From contig CM082581.2 in the NCBI GenBank assembly GCA_040954595.2, forward strand, positions 12,584,286-12,648,285: a stretch of DNA of 64,000 nt, in the 5' to 3' direction. The DNA is from Balanoglossus misakiensis. Taxonomy: Eukaryota; Animalia; Hemichordata. Below are positions 62,301 through 64,000 of the stretch, in pieces (position 1 is the stretch's first letter; every line of letters begins with the position of its first letter). Position numbers and translations under genes: made by a program. The notes beneath the pieces are model-generated. The model was not told the origin of the DNA. It saw only the letters and a program-made list of their open reading frames with translations, and did no database searches.

Positions 62301-64000
62301 GCAAAGTCGAAAAATTCTCATTTTTGGATGATTTTCATGAGCTATAACCCATGATTTTTTCAAAAATCGGCCAAATTTTGAAATTCCGCAAAGTCGAAAA
62401 ATTCTCATTTTTGGATGATTTTCATGAGCTATAACCCATGATTTTTTCAAAAATCGGCCAAATTTTGAAATTCCGCAAAGTCGAAAAATTCTCATTTTTG
62501 GATGATTTTCATGAGCTATAACCCATGATTTTTTCAAAAATCGGCCAAATTTTGAAATTCCGCAAAGTCGAAAAATTCTCATTTTTGGATGATTTTCATG
62601 AGCTATAACCCATGATTTTTTCAAAAATCGGCCAAATTTTGAAATTCCGCAAAGTCGAAAAATTCTCATGTTTGGATGATTTTCATGAGCTATAACCCAT
62701 GATTTTTTCAAAAATCGGCCAAATTTTGAAATTCCGCAAAGTCGAAAAATTCTCATTTTTGGATGATTTTCATGAGCTATAACCCATGATTTTTTCAAAA
62801 ATCGGCCAAATTTTGAAATTCCGCAAAGTCGAAAAATTCTCATTTTTGGATGATTTTCATGAGCTATAACCCATGATTTTTTCAAAAATCGGCCAAATTT
62901 TGAAATTCCGCAAAGTCGAAAAATTCTCATTTTTGGATGATTTTCATGAGCTATAACCCATGATTTTTTCAAAAATCGGCCAAATTTTGAAATTCCGCAA
63001 AGTCGAAAAATTCTCATTTTTGGATGATTTTCATGAGCTATAACCCATGATTTTTTCAAAAATCGGCCAAATTTTGAAATTCCGCAAAGTCGAAAAATTC
63101 TCATTTTTGGATGATTTTCATGAGCTATAACCCATGATTTTTTCAAAAATCGGCCAAATTTTGAAATTCCGCAAAGTCGAAAAATTCTCATTTTTGGATG
63201 ATTTTCATGAGCTATAACCCATGATTTTTTCAAAAATCGGCCAAATTTTGAAATTCCGCAAAGTCGAAAAATTCTCATTTTTGGATGATTTTCATGAGCT
63301 ATAACCCATGATTTTTTCAAAAATCGGCCAAATTTTGAAATTCCGCAAAGTCGAAAAATTCTCATTTTTGGATGATTTTCATGAGCTATAACCCATGATT
63401 TTTTCAAAAATCGGCCAAATTTTGAAATTCCGCAAAGTCGAAAAATTCTCATTTTTGGATGATTTTCATGAGCTATAACCCATGGTTTTTTCAAAAATCG
63501 GCCAAATTTTGAAATTCCGCAAAGTCGAAAAATTCTCATTTTTGGATGATTTTCATGAGCTATAACCCATGGTTTTTTCAAAAATCGGCCAAATTATGAA
63601 ATTCCGCAAAGTCGAAAAATTCTCATTTTTGGATGATTTTCATGAGCTATAACCCATGATTTTTTCAAAAATCGGCCAAATTTTGAAATTCCGCAAAGTC
63701 GAAAAATTCTCATTTTTGGATGATTTTCATGAGCTATAACCCATGATTTTTTCAAAAATCGGCCAAATTTTGAAATTCCGCAAAGTCGAAAAATTCTCAT
63801 TTTTGGATGATTTTCATGAGCTATAACCCATGATTTTTTCAAAAATCGGCCAAATTTTGAAATTCCGCAAAGTCGAAAAATTCTCATTTTTGGATGATTT
63901 TCATGAGCTATAACCCATGATTTTTTCAAAAATCGGCCAAATTTTGAAATTCCGCAAAGTCGAAAAATTCTCATTTTTGGATGATTTTCATGAGCTATAA
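59390..64000. repeat. 87-bp AT-rich satellite array (about 53 monomers visible, truncated by the window end)
   Basis: Monomer AAAAATCGGCCAAATTTTGAAATTCCGCAAAGTCGAAAAATTCTCATTTTTGGATGATTTTCATGAGCTATAACCCATGATTTTTTC repeated head to tail with no spacers. The first two or so units are diverged; the rest are near-identical. Confidence 0.99.

Noticed and set aside
59463-63974. Four long minus-strand ORFs (299, 546, 517 and 126 aa) made of a 29-aa repeat
   Set aside because: 87 bp is 29 codons and one frame happens to lack stops. ORF ends coincide with the TTAT point variant, three of the four starts are non-ATG, and nothing indicates selection on the protein. This is satellite read-through.
59390-64000. 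CRISPR-like regular repeat array
   Set aside because: No unique spacers and no cas genes, in a eukaryotic context.

Overview
Eukaryotic (animal) genomic DNA, gene-sparse and with abundant CpG, most like a marine invertebrate genome (impression only). There are no prokaryotic features. Supported content: (1) a single-coding-exon aminergic-type class A GPCR on the minus strand (8981-10000), with unusual substitutions at activation switches (DRY->DKY, Y5.58->N); (2) about 20 kb with no convincing CDS (10.1-30.4 kb), containing microsatellites and a compact run of adjacent hairpins; (3) three uncharacterised genes, A (+, 33514-35133, two coding exons, 488 aa), B (+, 37550-38503, 317 aa) and C (-, 47652-49031, 459 aa); (4) a decayed CORE-type SINE next to the edge of an 87-bp satellite array that runs to the window end. 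The long ORFs at 59.4-64 kb are satellite read-through, not genes. Genes A-C encode Ser/Arg-rich, apparently disordered proteins. By eye they share PP1-docking RVxF motifs, basic-residue kinase sites (RRx[S/T] in B and C), a C-terminal 'x-I-x-x-W-[LIV]' motif and a 5'UTR intron just before the ATG. CRE, Fox and X-box-like motifs lie near B and C. The best candidate for an undescribed system is this cluster, as a putative family of cAMP/PKA-regulated PP1 adaptors. That reading is inference from short motifs and needs homology and expression tests.
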